Source: Phoronis australis (taxonomy: Eukaryota; Animalia; Phoronida). Taken from it: DNA of 64,000 bases. The notes under the pieces were generated by a model that saw only the letters and a program-made list of their open reading frames with translations, was not told the origin of the DNA and searched no databases. The position numbers and the translations under genes were made by a program. Every line of letters starts with the position of its first letter. Positions within the stretch are counted from its first letter, which is position 1. The stretch is from the NCBI GenBank assembly GCA_002633005.1, contig NMRA01001045.1, positions 1-64,000 of the forward strand, in the 5' to 3' direction. Positions 53,376-64,000 of this stretch are shown here, piece by piece.

Positions 53376-54146
53376 ACATATACATTATTCAAATCATTGT
53401 TATTGGACAACTTTTCCGGTTGTGTGGAAGGGGACATGGTTTCGTGGCCCCCGATGAGTAAATAGATGTGCAATTAGGAGGCGAATTTACAAAAGTGTTC
53501 ACGTGTACGTTATTTCTTGGTTCACCAGTCAAGTCTTTTCGTGACTGGAAGTATAGTTTTAAATTTTTGCAGCTGACTGACCCCGCTGGTTTATGTACGT
53601 AATGTCTCCAGGCCGTCCGCGACGGGCCTAATTGGGTTCCGAGCTATTGGGTTAAAACGAGCAGTTTGTGTCTAGAACTAAAAAAATTCGCAAGTCTAAA
53701 ACAACAACGCACAGCTATGCTCTAATCTCTGTATTTCACGGAAGAATTATTTTATTTTATCACCGAACAGAGTCCAACTTCCCGCGACCGACCTCTGGAA
53801 TTTGGCCTAGCGATTTTTGTGTCCTACGGTAAGTTCAAATTTTCTTTAAATCCGTAACAGCGAAAGAAAACAACTCATTTGTTTAAAAATCAAGGTATGT
53901 GTAAGGGCTTTACATTGAAATTTGATTATTTATTGGTGTAAAACAATGAATTCAAGCGATAAGCTGACACCAGTAAGGTTCTTGTGAACTGCTGAGCAGA
54001 CCGTTTAGAACCTGTGACGTCACTAGTTGACTTCAGAACCCCCGTCTACCGCCTGGTGTCGGGTAAAAGAGTTGAATTGCTGTTATCGAGTGGAACTACT
54101 CGATCTAAATTGATACAAAGTACATTATTTTTGGTGGAATTCTACT

Positions 54147-54463
54147 TTAGACAATGTAAACAAATCTAGTACACGTGTTAGTGCATTCTGAGTAAGTGAC
54201 AATTTCGCACATATCACTTGCTTTACAATGGAGCAAACAAGCTGCCGTGTTGCGCGCATACTTAAAGTCTATCGGCCGAACGTTCTCGAAAGTCCTGTTT
54301 ATAACCATGAAGTTATTCGCGAGTTTAGCGTACTTGCTGACCTGCGCGGGGTTCAAACAAACGTTGTCAACGATGAGCCTTGGTTGAAGAGCGGTGCAGT
54401 CCGTCACTACAGATGGCGACGCCGTCGTACTGGTGACTTTCTGTTGCAAGGTTGTGGATTTTC
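54147..54463 (-). CDS. Kringle-PAN gene B, last coding exon (S/T linker + PAN/apple-like domain)
   Basis: Acceptor gtgacAG; GKSTTLQQKVTSTTASPS...IDFKYARNTAACLLHCKASDMCEIVTYSECTNTCTRFVYIV*. Ungapped paralog of 10137-10453. A possible AATAAA lies at 53929-53934. Confidence 0.87.
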
Positions 54464-55082
54464 CTGTCACATCAAAACGGGTATAATAACAGTGAATTCT
54501 TCAGTTGTACAGACAAAGTGAAGTAAAACATGTTAGCCTAATGACCAAATGGTCTTCACCTGCACAGAGACAATAAAGTATGAAAAAGTACACGTTGTTA
54601 GGTTTTTGAATTTTGAAAGTTGGACAAGAAAGTGTGACTTTTACGACCTCAAAGTTTTTGTAATGTTACCATATTACAGTGTACATTCCTCGATCATTTT
54701 GCTGACTGTGCAACATAATAAATCCAAGTGGGATCGTGCAATTCTTGGCATGACCTACATTGTGTGTTGCACAAAATCCGCGTACAGAAATGCGTTTTCT
54801 GGGAGTGCAGCTGCACTTAAGTTCCAACGTATTTCATCTTTACATGCTCTTATGATCGTCATCTGCAAGATCAAAACTGTATTTGCATGTTTACGTTTGC
54901 TATGTAGGCATTATCTGTCATAGTAGCCCATAAAAATTAAAATCCGTGACACTCTGAATCAAATATGTACAATTTGGTGTTTCACGCGAATGCTTACAAA
55001 GTACAAAAAGTGATGTAGTTAACGCTTTCCATTTCATCATTTCCCTGAAACAAACATTCCCGTTTCAGCAGTGTGTGCTCAC

Positions 55083-55319
55083 CTGAACATAATGGAACCT
55101 GACAGTAGTGCCATCTAACGGTAGGATCAGTAGTATAACACCACGGAGCTTTGTTTCCGATACTCACAATTCGACAGAAGTTTTCGTGCACTCTACTGGA
55201 TATGCTATGGGTGTGCGGGTGCTGCGCGTCCCATTGTTGACATGGTATGCCAGAAATGGTTATACTAATTGATCCATTATAAGCATATCCTTGAGGGTCG
55301 GCCTTGCAATCGTGGTGTC
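55083..55319 (-). CDS. Kringle-PAN gene B, kringle exon K2
   Basis: Acceptor tttgtAG, donor GTGAG; 237 nt, phase 1-1; GHHDCKADPQGYAYNGSISITISGIPCQQWDAQHPHTH...ENFCR...PWCYTTDPTVRWHYCQVPLCS with six Cys. Confidence 0.92.
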
Positions 55320-55559
55320 CTACAAACGTCATAAGCACAAAAAAGAGAGAACGTTATTTTTCTTCACATTGTTACCTACAGTTGATTGAATTTGTCAGCT
55401 CTGCCAAAGCAACTGCCTTGGACATCTGATTGATACTCGATGATGACTCCCGACTAAGTGTTGCCAACCTGTTAGATGTCTTAGCCGGTTGAGACGGCAC
55501 GACTGGCGAAGTCATTCATGAACTGCAATTACATAGCCAAAAACTCGTCTTTCAGAGAG

Positions 55560-55955
55560 CAGGGCTCCGGGCTAATCTGTTTACTTGAAATCAAACTCGA
55601 AATTATTTTCGGCGTTTTCCATTCTACTTTTGTGTGAACTCAAGGTAGGTGTCTAGTATTTAATACTTGAGAACATTATGGCTTATGTGATTACGTTTAC
55701 GCTTGATGAACCCAGCACTAAGCCTTAAAATTCAAGTCTGAATGTTTTACTCTAGTTTGTAGATTGAATCTAGGAAACATCAAACACAAACTTGGACTAG
55801 AAACAAATAGTACGCATAAACCCTGATGTACTCGAGCACAGAGTCCTAGCCACATACATGTACATGCATCTCGACTTCGCACGAACGTGTGATAGAAGGT
55901 GCCAAAAATAATTTCTAGTTTGATTTTGTGTACAGAGACTAGACTCCGGCACCGG
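55560..55955. mobile_element. MITE-like inverted-repeat element in gene B intron
   Basis: aaatcaaactcgaaattattttcggc ... gccaaaaataatttctagtttgattt inverted arms. Confidence 0.5.
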
Positions 55956-56949
55956 GCTGTGATCGAGTTTGAATTAGCATTTCGAACTGATCGTATTTTA
56001 CGATATTTTTAATTGGCTAAGATCGCACGCTTCACTAGTTTGGCAATTCAGATTGAGCTCAGGCACCCATAAATCACATATATATTTAACTTTTCCATGG
56101 TCACAGCTCACCAACTGTCAATTAGTTGTTTACAGCCATAGCATCTAGTTAAAATATTGACTAAACCCCGCAAGATGACTATTGCTGTATTTTTGTCAAA
56201 CTGCTGTGAAAGCGCTTGAGTTTAACCCTCATTGCTTGAGAGCATGTTGCTTTCACATCACAAGCACTCTATTCGGGATCCGGAGCACCAGCAGCTTTGT
56301 CGTCGGCATTATTTGACCACCAATACGAACTCCTGTGCTGAATTTATTCGAAACACGTTTTTGGTTCGTAGGCAAGAAAAGATTCTGTTTCTCCTGTAGC
56401 CTCGCTGAACTACCCGTAATGGAATCTCAAAAAACCTTGAGAAAGTGCTAGGCCTACGTGAACATACATGTATATACATGCATGTCTCCGAAAGTTGGGC
56501 CATGGGGTTATTTATAAGCTCATTATGTACATTAGCAAAACATTGGGCGAGTTTTGTAAACACTTATGGTACGAAACAGTGCATTTTATCCAAGGATTCA
56601 AAATCTCAATCTCGCAGATAAAACATTTCATTGGGCGTCTTATTTTACCGTCTATTGATAATTATGTTTTAAATTAAGCTTATACGTGACTGAAAGTATT
56701 GCATATACTCATCTACATCTTATTCTTATTTCAAATTACAATATAAAATATACCCAGATGAGAAAGTTTCAAGCAAGATTCGAGTCAGAGTTGCGATTAA
56801 CAGGAGACAGATCTAGCATTATGTGTGTTCACATTTTACACGAGGATTCTTTTTATGCGCCCACATATTTATATGTGGGCCGGTGCATATGGCCGTAAAC
56901 TCAGTCTGGGCGTGCGGCATCCCGGCGCCAGGGTTGTGTCGACTGCATC

Positions 56950-58350
56950 TCATAAACCCTCGAGAGATGGCGACGTGTTTTGGAGCGATCCGATTATCGC
57001 TCTGCCCCCTAGTGGGACTTTTATTTTTTACGTTTGCCTCTGTATCATTCGAGTTCCTTGATGAAATTTAGCAAATACGTTTCTATGAAAATGATGACGC
57101 CTTCTTACTTTTGGAACGGATTTGACGTATCCTACGCCACCTGATGACAAATTAAACGTTTTTTACGTTTTTGAAGACCGCCTTTCTATCTGTCAAACCA
57201 CTCAAAGCATTATTATGAAATTTGTCAAATGTGTTCCTGATGAGAAGACCGCACTGATACTAATTTGCAAACGCCTTTGAGTACTCTGGCGATAGCTAGT
57301 GGCATTTTTTTTTGTTTTTGTCCACGGCTGTATCTCCTTAACTCATTGGAGGATCTACTTGGAAGATATGTTCCTATGGAGATGGTAATATATCACAACG
57401 AGTTTCAGAACAATCCCACTACAACAGTGTTGCCTAGTGGTAGTTTTATTTCCTATCTTTGCCTCTGTATATTTGGAGTTCAATGATGTATTTTTCTGAA
57501 ATTTAGCAAATATGTTTCTATTGAGTCGACAACTATACCCTATTATTTTACCACAGATCCAACATATATTAGGTAACCTAGTGACCATTTTCATTTTTTC
57601 GAGTTTGTTTTTTTTTTTGTCCGCATCTTTATCCGCCAATCTGCTCAATGGATTGTAATGAATCATAGCAGTTGTGCTTCTGATGGGAAGACAACAGCTG
57701 ACGTTGATTTTTGCACAAGTTTGAGATCTGTGACGTCCCCTATTGGTGATTGTGTATTTTTTGAGACCATGGTTGCAGCTCTTGGTTCCTTTGCTTGATG
57801 CTTGTTAACTTTTGCAGGTATTTTCCTATAGATGTGACAATGGCTTCCCATGACATTTTGGACGGTTCTGACTACCGCCATAACTGAAGTAGCAATTTTA
57901 TTTTTTCTTATGCCTCTACATCGACTTTTTATCTTGAAATTTGGCAAAGAATTTTCTACAATGAAGATGGTAGCATCTTTCCAATTTGGGACGGGTTTGA
58001 CGTATTCTGCGCCACCCATTGGCCATGTTAATTTTTTTGAGTCTGTTTTACCGTCAGGTTCCGTATCTGCCAAACCGATAAGATTATCTTCATGAAAATT
58101 GGCAGTTGTATTTCTACTGACAGTAGCACGACTAGCGTAGATTTTCAGATGGATCCAACTACTGCGGTGCCCCCTAGTGACAATCTTCACTGATCCATCA
58201 AGATCACATTTTGACAAGTCTATTCCTAATAACTTGGCAACAGATGGACGGAAGCGACTACCGCTGTGCCTCCCAATGGCAATTTGTTTTACACCTGTTC
58301 TTTATCTTTGGAGTTCCTGGGCGAAGGTCATGGAATTTGAAAAATTGATA
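56950..58350 (-). mobile_element. HINE-like satellite array (reverse orientation, more diverged) in gene B intron
   Basis: Reverse-complement units, e.g. tgccccctagtgg at 57003 and cccctagtgac near 58170; homologous to 14295-15545. Confidence 0.6.
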
Positions 58351-58901
58351 GGTATTAAGAAGACTATGGCGCTTTCATTATTTGGACAGGTTTGCAGTAC
58401 TGTAAGTCATCTAAGGGCTGTTTTATGATACTAAAAAACAACATTCAAGCACACCGTATGAAACAGTTTGAAGTAATGTCTGTTTGAACCTTTTAACCTA
58501 CTTCTTCCCGGCACACGTTTTTGACATTTATTCCATCAAAGAAAACATAAAAAACAGTAAAATTGGATGATTACGAACAATGAGTTCATCTTATCTGCTT
58601 TCCCAGTCACTCAAAAATTTATCCCGTACGCGTTGAATCAGTCAAAGGCAATGCAGCCATGTGATATTGTTTTCCGTATTCACCTCCCGCACTCCTTCAA
58701 CAGTGACCTCTAATATGGAAAGGTCAAACTGTAGGTCAATTTTGACTCGACGTCGTTAGCCATTCGATCATCTTACTTTCCGAAAAGAGTTCAAAGTAAT
58801 ACTATTGCAGCAGTGTAACTAACACTCGACAAGCAACCAGGTTCCAATCGTAACATCTGGAACAGGACTGTTAATTATATGAGAGTTCTGTTGCTAAATA
58901 T

Positions 58902-59530
58902 TTTTTTAATGTTTATTACGAAATCTTCAGAATACAATGAATATACATAACCCAGAAAGCGCCAAGAGGCATTAGATCTGGGTAAAAAAATACAAAGAAG
59001 TCTATATACATTGATTATATGCGAATACATAAATAAAAACTGATGTTAAGAATACAATGGTACATGACAACGAATGAAAATAATTTATTTTCATACAGAT
59101 GTATAAAATTCTATCCACTCACACAAAGAGATTTAAGGTTATAAAGAAATTCTGATACTATTTCAAATAAAACCATATTTTCGTTTGAGTTAAGTTCTTG
59201 ACATCCATATAGAAAGAAATTAATTTTGTTGTACAATTGCGGATTTCAGAGTATTTTTTTATAAACATTGGGGTATTGTTCGAGTGCCTGGAAGAGCTGT
59301 ACCCTCTCCTCCTTGCATACCTCACAAGCAAAGAAAACATGAGGATATGTCTGGGTATCTCCACAGGAACACAGAGCCGAAATATTATTAAAATTATGTC
59401 TAAATTTCTCGTTGTTTAGGAATAGACCACATCTTGATCTGTATAGGGTTACTTCATGGTTGCGGGGAAGTTGGAATGATGTCAATGGGACTGGCAAGTC
59501 TGGAGTAGTGGTATGCATTTTAAAGTTATT
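58902..59530 (-). mobile_element. 5'-truncated LINE with poly(A) tail and 16-bp target-site duplication
   Basis: TSD TTCTGTTGCTAAATAT at 58886-58901 and 59531-59546; AATAAACATT(A)n tail; LCSCGDTQTYPHVFFAC knuckle. Confidence 0.85.
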
Positions 59531-59848
59531 TTCTGTTGCTAAATATCATATCGTCTGCCACTCGAACACCTATTCCTTGTTAACTACAATGTCAAATATG
59601 TTGTTATTTAACTATTTTGAGGAGATGTTACAAGCTCAGTGCATAGTTACTGTTGTTTTTATCTTTGTTATTTCTTTTCAAGTAAAAAATTGTTACATTT
59701 AAAACTGTTTCTTTTACCAGAAAAAACTTGCAACCTAAGGCGCAAGTACATGTACTTGATGTGATCCGCCTTGTAAACAGTCTGAGTGAAGTATTTAAAA
59801 AATGTCGAAAAATGAAAGAAACGTATAGGAATTCGAAGCGTATTTACC

Positions 59849-60005
59849 AAATACAAAACGTTCTTCGATTGGCGTAGATGGAGTAATATCCCACTCGACA
59901 TTATTCCGCGCATCGATCGTTGGTCTCGGTCGATACGCGGAATAATGTAGAGTGGGATATCACTTCATCTACATCTACGCCACTCTTGGTACGTTTTGTG
60001 TATAT
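59849..60005. repeat. Palindromic (foldback) element
   Basis: tggcgtagatg..atatcccactc.acattattccgcg..tcga / tcga..cgcggaataatgt.gagtgggatat..catctacgcca. Confidence 0.75.
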
Positions 60006-61745
60006 TTACTACTATGAACTAATCTCAATCTCCTGGGAACAGAAGTCAATATAGAGGTCCATCAACTGTTAGAAACTTGCAATGGGCATTTTGTTGGAAA
60101 ATATTGAATAATTTATGTTTTGGTAAATTGAAATATGGCAAGCATTTGACAAATCTCAGGTACTATACGTGATTACTTACCTAAGGGTACTACATGTAGA
60201 TTTAAATTTTTTAGTTATCAGTTAAAGACAAATTAACTTTGTGAGTGAGTCATGCAATGAAGAAATGTAACAAGGACCAAAAAGGATGCACACATTTAGA
60301 TTTACAAGACCAACACAGATGATCAATTTTCTCTGGTTCTTCCCCGCAAAAGTTGCACATTTGCAAAACGGATACTCGAACTTACATGTACATGAGAAAC
60401 GCGTTCTTGAGAAGGATTATATGCGTCAAACGAATTTGAAACCATTTTAATCATGAATCATTTGTAACTTTTACAGCACAGCTGTGGGATTTCTCCCAAA
60501 AATTCTTCAGTTCAACAAGTACTGTCTTCAGTTTTGCTTCACGTTTTGGTTTTTGCACAATTCGTTTAGCAAAGGCTTATAAGCAAATTTCCCTGGCCTC
60601 TGCCAAATTGAAACAATGTAAAATAATTGCTGGGTGTTTGGCAAAGTAACTTCACATTTATTTTTCTTACTTTGAAAATTCCATGTAATGTGTCTCTCCA
60701 GCCGTAAAATTCTCTAAAAAGCGCAGAAAAGTTCTACAAATTTGCTCATCAGCCATCAGGTTTTCCTACGAGTTTAAAAAGTCATGAGCATTCAAATAAT
60801 TATTTTCATGCCATCAAAGATGAGTTGAACCATAGTATTTCAAATGTTATATTCTCATGTTGCACAGGGAACATTCCGAGAAATTCACTGAATATTTCTC
60901 TCAGAAGACATTACGTGTACTTTTATACCAGATCTCTTATAACTGTTACCAAATGCAGAGGTTTTACTTGTAAAACACAACTTTCGAGTTGCAAGGAAAT
61001 ACACGTGTTGCCAAAACGAACGCATACAACTGTTGTGAGTATTTAAAAGGAATGTTCAGTGATAGAATGACTTGTAACAGGTCGTCATCACTTGCCAAAA
61101 CACCTCCACAAAGCCATGAGGATTTCCGTAATTTAATGAACAATACAATATGAGTCATTTTACAACCCTCGAGACAGGAGTCTTAGCATGGGAGAGCCCT
61201 CTTTATTCTATCACTGTAGCACCCCAGAGAAAATTGTAAGAAAGTTTTCAACCCCAGGAATAGTTTCCTCGGGTGATGGTGGTCTTGATGATTTGATGGC
61301 AGTTATTTTGCTTAGAGAACTTAGAATTTTGTTATTCCTAAAATTCATATTTTGAATTTTTTACGTTATTCTTCATAATTTAGTGAGATCATGTTAAAGA
61401 GGTCTAAAATAGTGTTGAAGAAATCTCTCTTTTCCATCTTAGTTTCTTTACTAGACACAAACTCCTGGCACTAAACTTAATGATTGCAATCCACACACAT
61501 TTTATTTTCTAGATTAAGTTTCAAGTCCGAACACTAGTTTTAGGCGCTGCGCGAAGCAGTTAGATAAAATTTCAACTTCTTAGCAATAAGGATTGTTAAG
61601 TGCAAAAATCCCCCGTGATCGGCCTTTTCTCGTATAATTTCAAAGTTGACGACATCTGCAGTTGCAAGTTCCACAACACCAAGGATTATTATTTTAAGTT
61701 GGGCAAGTATTTTTTTCTTCTATATAATTTTTATCATATACTCGC

Positions 61746-61982
61746 CTGAACAAAATGGTACTGGGCAATATTCCCACCTCACTGACGGGTCTGTTGTAAA
61801 GCACCACGGCACCGCTGAATTGTCTGGATTCCTGCAGTAGTTTTCTTGCGAGACCAAATTAGTCTTTAAATGAGTATGAGGAGTCTGTGCATCCCATCTC
61901 TGACACGTCTTTCCCGACACTGTGACTGACTTCATTCCGTCGTAATAGGCACCGGATGTAAGAAACTTACAATCCAGGCCGT
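61746..61982 (-). CDS. Kringle-PAN gene B, kringle exon K1 (gene 5' end not seen in window)
   Basis: Acceptor attacAG; 237 nt, phase 1-1; [38 protein letters not shown]...[33 protein letters not shown]; donor is the non-canonical AG|GCGAGT. Confidence 0.88.
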
Positions 61983-63712
61983 CTGTAATTACAATTTTTG
62001 TTATAAGTTTAAATGAAATTAAGCACTTAACGACTTAGCTTCGAGTGAGTTCAACAGATACTAGATCTCATACCATGTTAAGAAGAAGACATAGGTAGCT
62101 ACAGTAATATCCTTATGAAATCCGCAGGTGTGAAGTTCACAACAAATGCGTACTTCTCATGATCTGGAGCCGAGTGGTGCTTAACCATTTTAGATTTAGC
62201 GAGAAGTGGTAAGTGAGATTGGGAGTTCAGGAACAATTGCAGAAGGATGTCTAGTCTACTGGACAAAGCGTGTAGAAGAATAGAAAGAAAGTAAGCTGGA
62301 TAAAACATTATACAGAAAAACAATCACGAAATACCAGAATAATTAATTAAAATTACTATAGTTTAAGGTTATTCTGACACCAGCTGATATGCCCATCCGA
62401 CATTTTGAAAGCCACGCCCTCTGGTACCATGGTGCACCATGGGATAGACCCGAGTAGCCATTTTGCTTTGTACCGGACATTAATGGTGGCTCGTAAAAGC
62501 AGTGATGGGAGGTGTCGGCGGATTTACCTGTTGTATGTTTGAATGTTTCAAGAACAACAAGAAACAGCAGCATCTGAAGTACTACGAGTTCCTGGAAAAT
62601 CCAGGGGCTAGAAAATTATTGCTGAAAAACATTGTCAGAGTTTGTTATAAGTGCAAGATTAGTGAGATCGCGTCGTGTATGAACTTGGGTATTTAACCTG
62701 TGGACACTCCTATCAGAAATGGGCCATAGCTAATACCGATAAGGAGTGTCCAGTTTTATTTCAAATGGGGGTGTATGCAAAAGCTTATGCTTATTCTCTC
62801 CTTTGCGTCGGTCGTCTGTTGAGCTTGTTCAGAGCAGACGGTTGAGAATTTTTATATCTAAAATACATGTATTGATGAAAAACATCAACATACGGTGTCA
62901 TAGCATACCCCAGACGTTAATTAAGTAGCCCTTTGACAATACAGTAGTCTCATCACGAACCCTTTTTAGCCTCAAAACAACTTGAGGTGGCGCTTGCACC
63001 AATCAAAGTCTATGACATCATCGTTACAACGAACTGGCTTTCACTGTGTCTCCATCGTATTGGAATCAGCGATGGCCGTTTACTTTAGTAAAAAATACGT
63101 GGAAAATGAAGGAAACACATTAATATTTCATTTCATGTCAATTAATATTAAAATCGATCAAAATCATTACCTTTAGAATGTTTTATTCAATTATTTTCCC
63201 CACATCCTAATACCGGCCCGTATGGGAATCCCCGGGAGGGTGACTGTGGTCGCCGAAACAGCTTGAAAAACAAAACGCTTCGTCCGAACAGATATCAGGC
63301 AATTTCACAATGTTTATGATAAAGTGTAATTTACTTGATACAAAAACTTTGATGTTAGCAACTTTGCATTCATGTCTTCTAGAAGCCGAAGGAGTGAACT
63401 ATGGGCGGTTCCGATACGGGCCGCTGTCGAGTGTGTGTCCCGTATTGGAATCGGCGACAAAAGGCCGTTTAATTTGGTGCAAAATTCGTGGAATCGTTAC
63501 AACACCCATTGGATAGAAAATATTAGAAACAAGATAATTGTCTTGAAATCCTGCAACCCGTAGTCGCCGCCATTTTGACTCGGTCAACCTCAAAGATTGA
63601 ACATTTTATGGCAACACAACGTTTTGAGTATCTGTAATAAAAAGCTATGAAATAAAGTCTTAATTGCATGAAAACTTACCGAACTATAAGGATTTGTAAT
63701 CAATGGGGCTAN

Positions 63713-64000
63713 GCCGAAATATTATTAAAATTATGTCTAAATTTCTCGTTGTTTAGGAATAGACCACATCTTGATCTGTATAGGGTTACTTCATGGTTGC
63801 GGGGAAGTTGGAATGATGTCAATGGGACTGGCAAGTCTGGAGTAGTGGTATGCATTTTAAAGTTATTTTCTGTTGCTAAATATCATATCGTCTGCCACTC
63901 GAACACCTATTCCTTGTTAACTACAATGTCAAATATGTTGTTATTTAACTATTTTGAGGAGATGTTACAAGCTCAGTGCATAGTTACTGTTGTTTTTATC
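63713..64000. repeat. Copy of 59376-59663 immediately after an N join (likely assembly overlap)
   Basis: Apparently identical 288 bp, offset 4337, beginning right after the N at 63712. Confidence 0.85.

Noticed and set aside
57663-58217. 184-aa ORF
   Set aside because: Chance open frame within the HINE satellite array.
11386-61982. Calling the kringle genes PLG, HGF or LPA
   Set aside because: No protease domain, reversed PAN/kringle order and single-exon kringles; orthology is unsupported, so no gene symbol is given.
62099-63711. Hydrophobic-start ORFs (62099..62323, 62343..62573) or the GTAAG near 63679 as gene B's leader exon
   Set aside because: No similarity to the two leader exons, TTG starts and no suitable phase-1 donor; the leader is probably outside the window.

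Overview
AT-rich eukaryotic genomic DNA, probably from a marine invertebrate (inferred from the repeat content), with spliceosomal introns and two single-N scaffold joins at 49889 and 63712. It is not prokaryotic. The host genes are a minus-strand tandem pair encoding small, probably secreted kringle proteins: signal peptide + kringle(s) + Ser/Thr-rich linker + C-terminal PAN/apple-like domain, with no protease domain. Gene A is complete (exons 16439-16346, 11622-11386, 10453-10137; 215 aa). Gene B is 5'-partial (kringle exons 61982-61746 and 55319-55083, last exon 54463-54147). A second, orphan signal-peptide exon lies at 26780-26717. Most of the rest is decayed, nested transposable elements: RTE-X, L2/Crack and Ingi-like LINEs; a Penelope element carrying a minimal hammerhead ribozyme; Ngaro (RT + SGNH hydrolase); Gypsy; Academ; two Sola3-like elements; Kolobok; a THAP-only P-like element; and Helentron-type (HINE) satellite arrays with CTCF-like motifs. 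The strongest unexplained window-wide signal is about 34 hand-counted copies of the palindrome TACATGTA. Several are demonstrably 6-bp CATGTA insertions at TA sites, consistent with mass Tc1/mariner excision footprints. All family calls rest on motifs recognised by eye; no database search was run.
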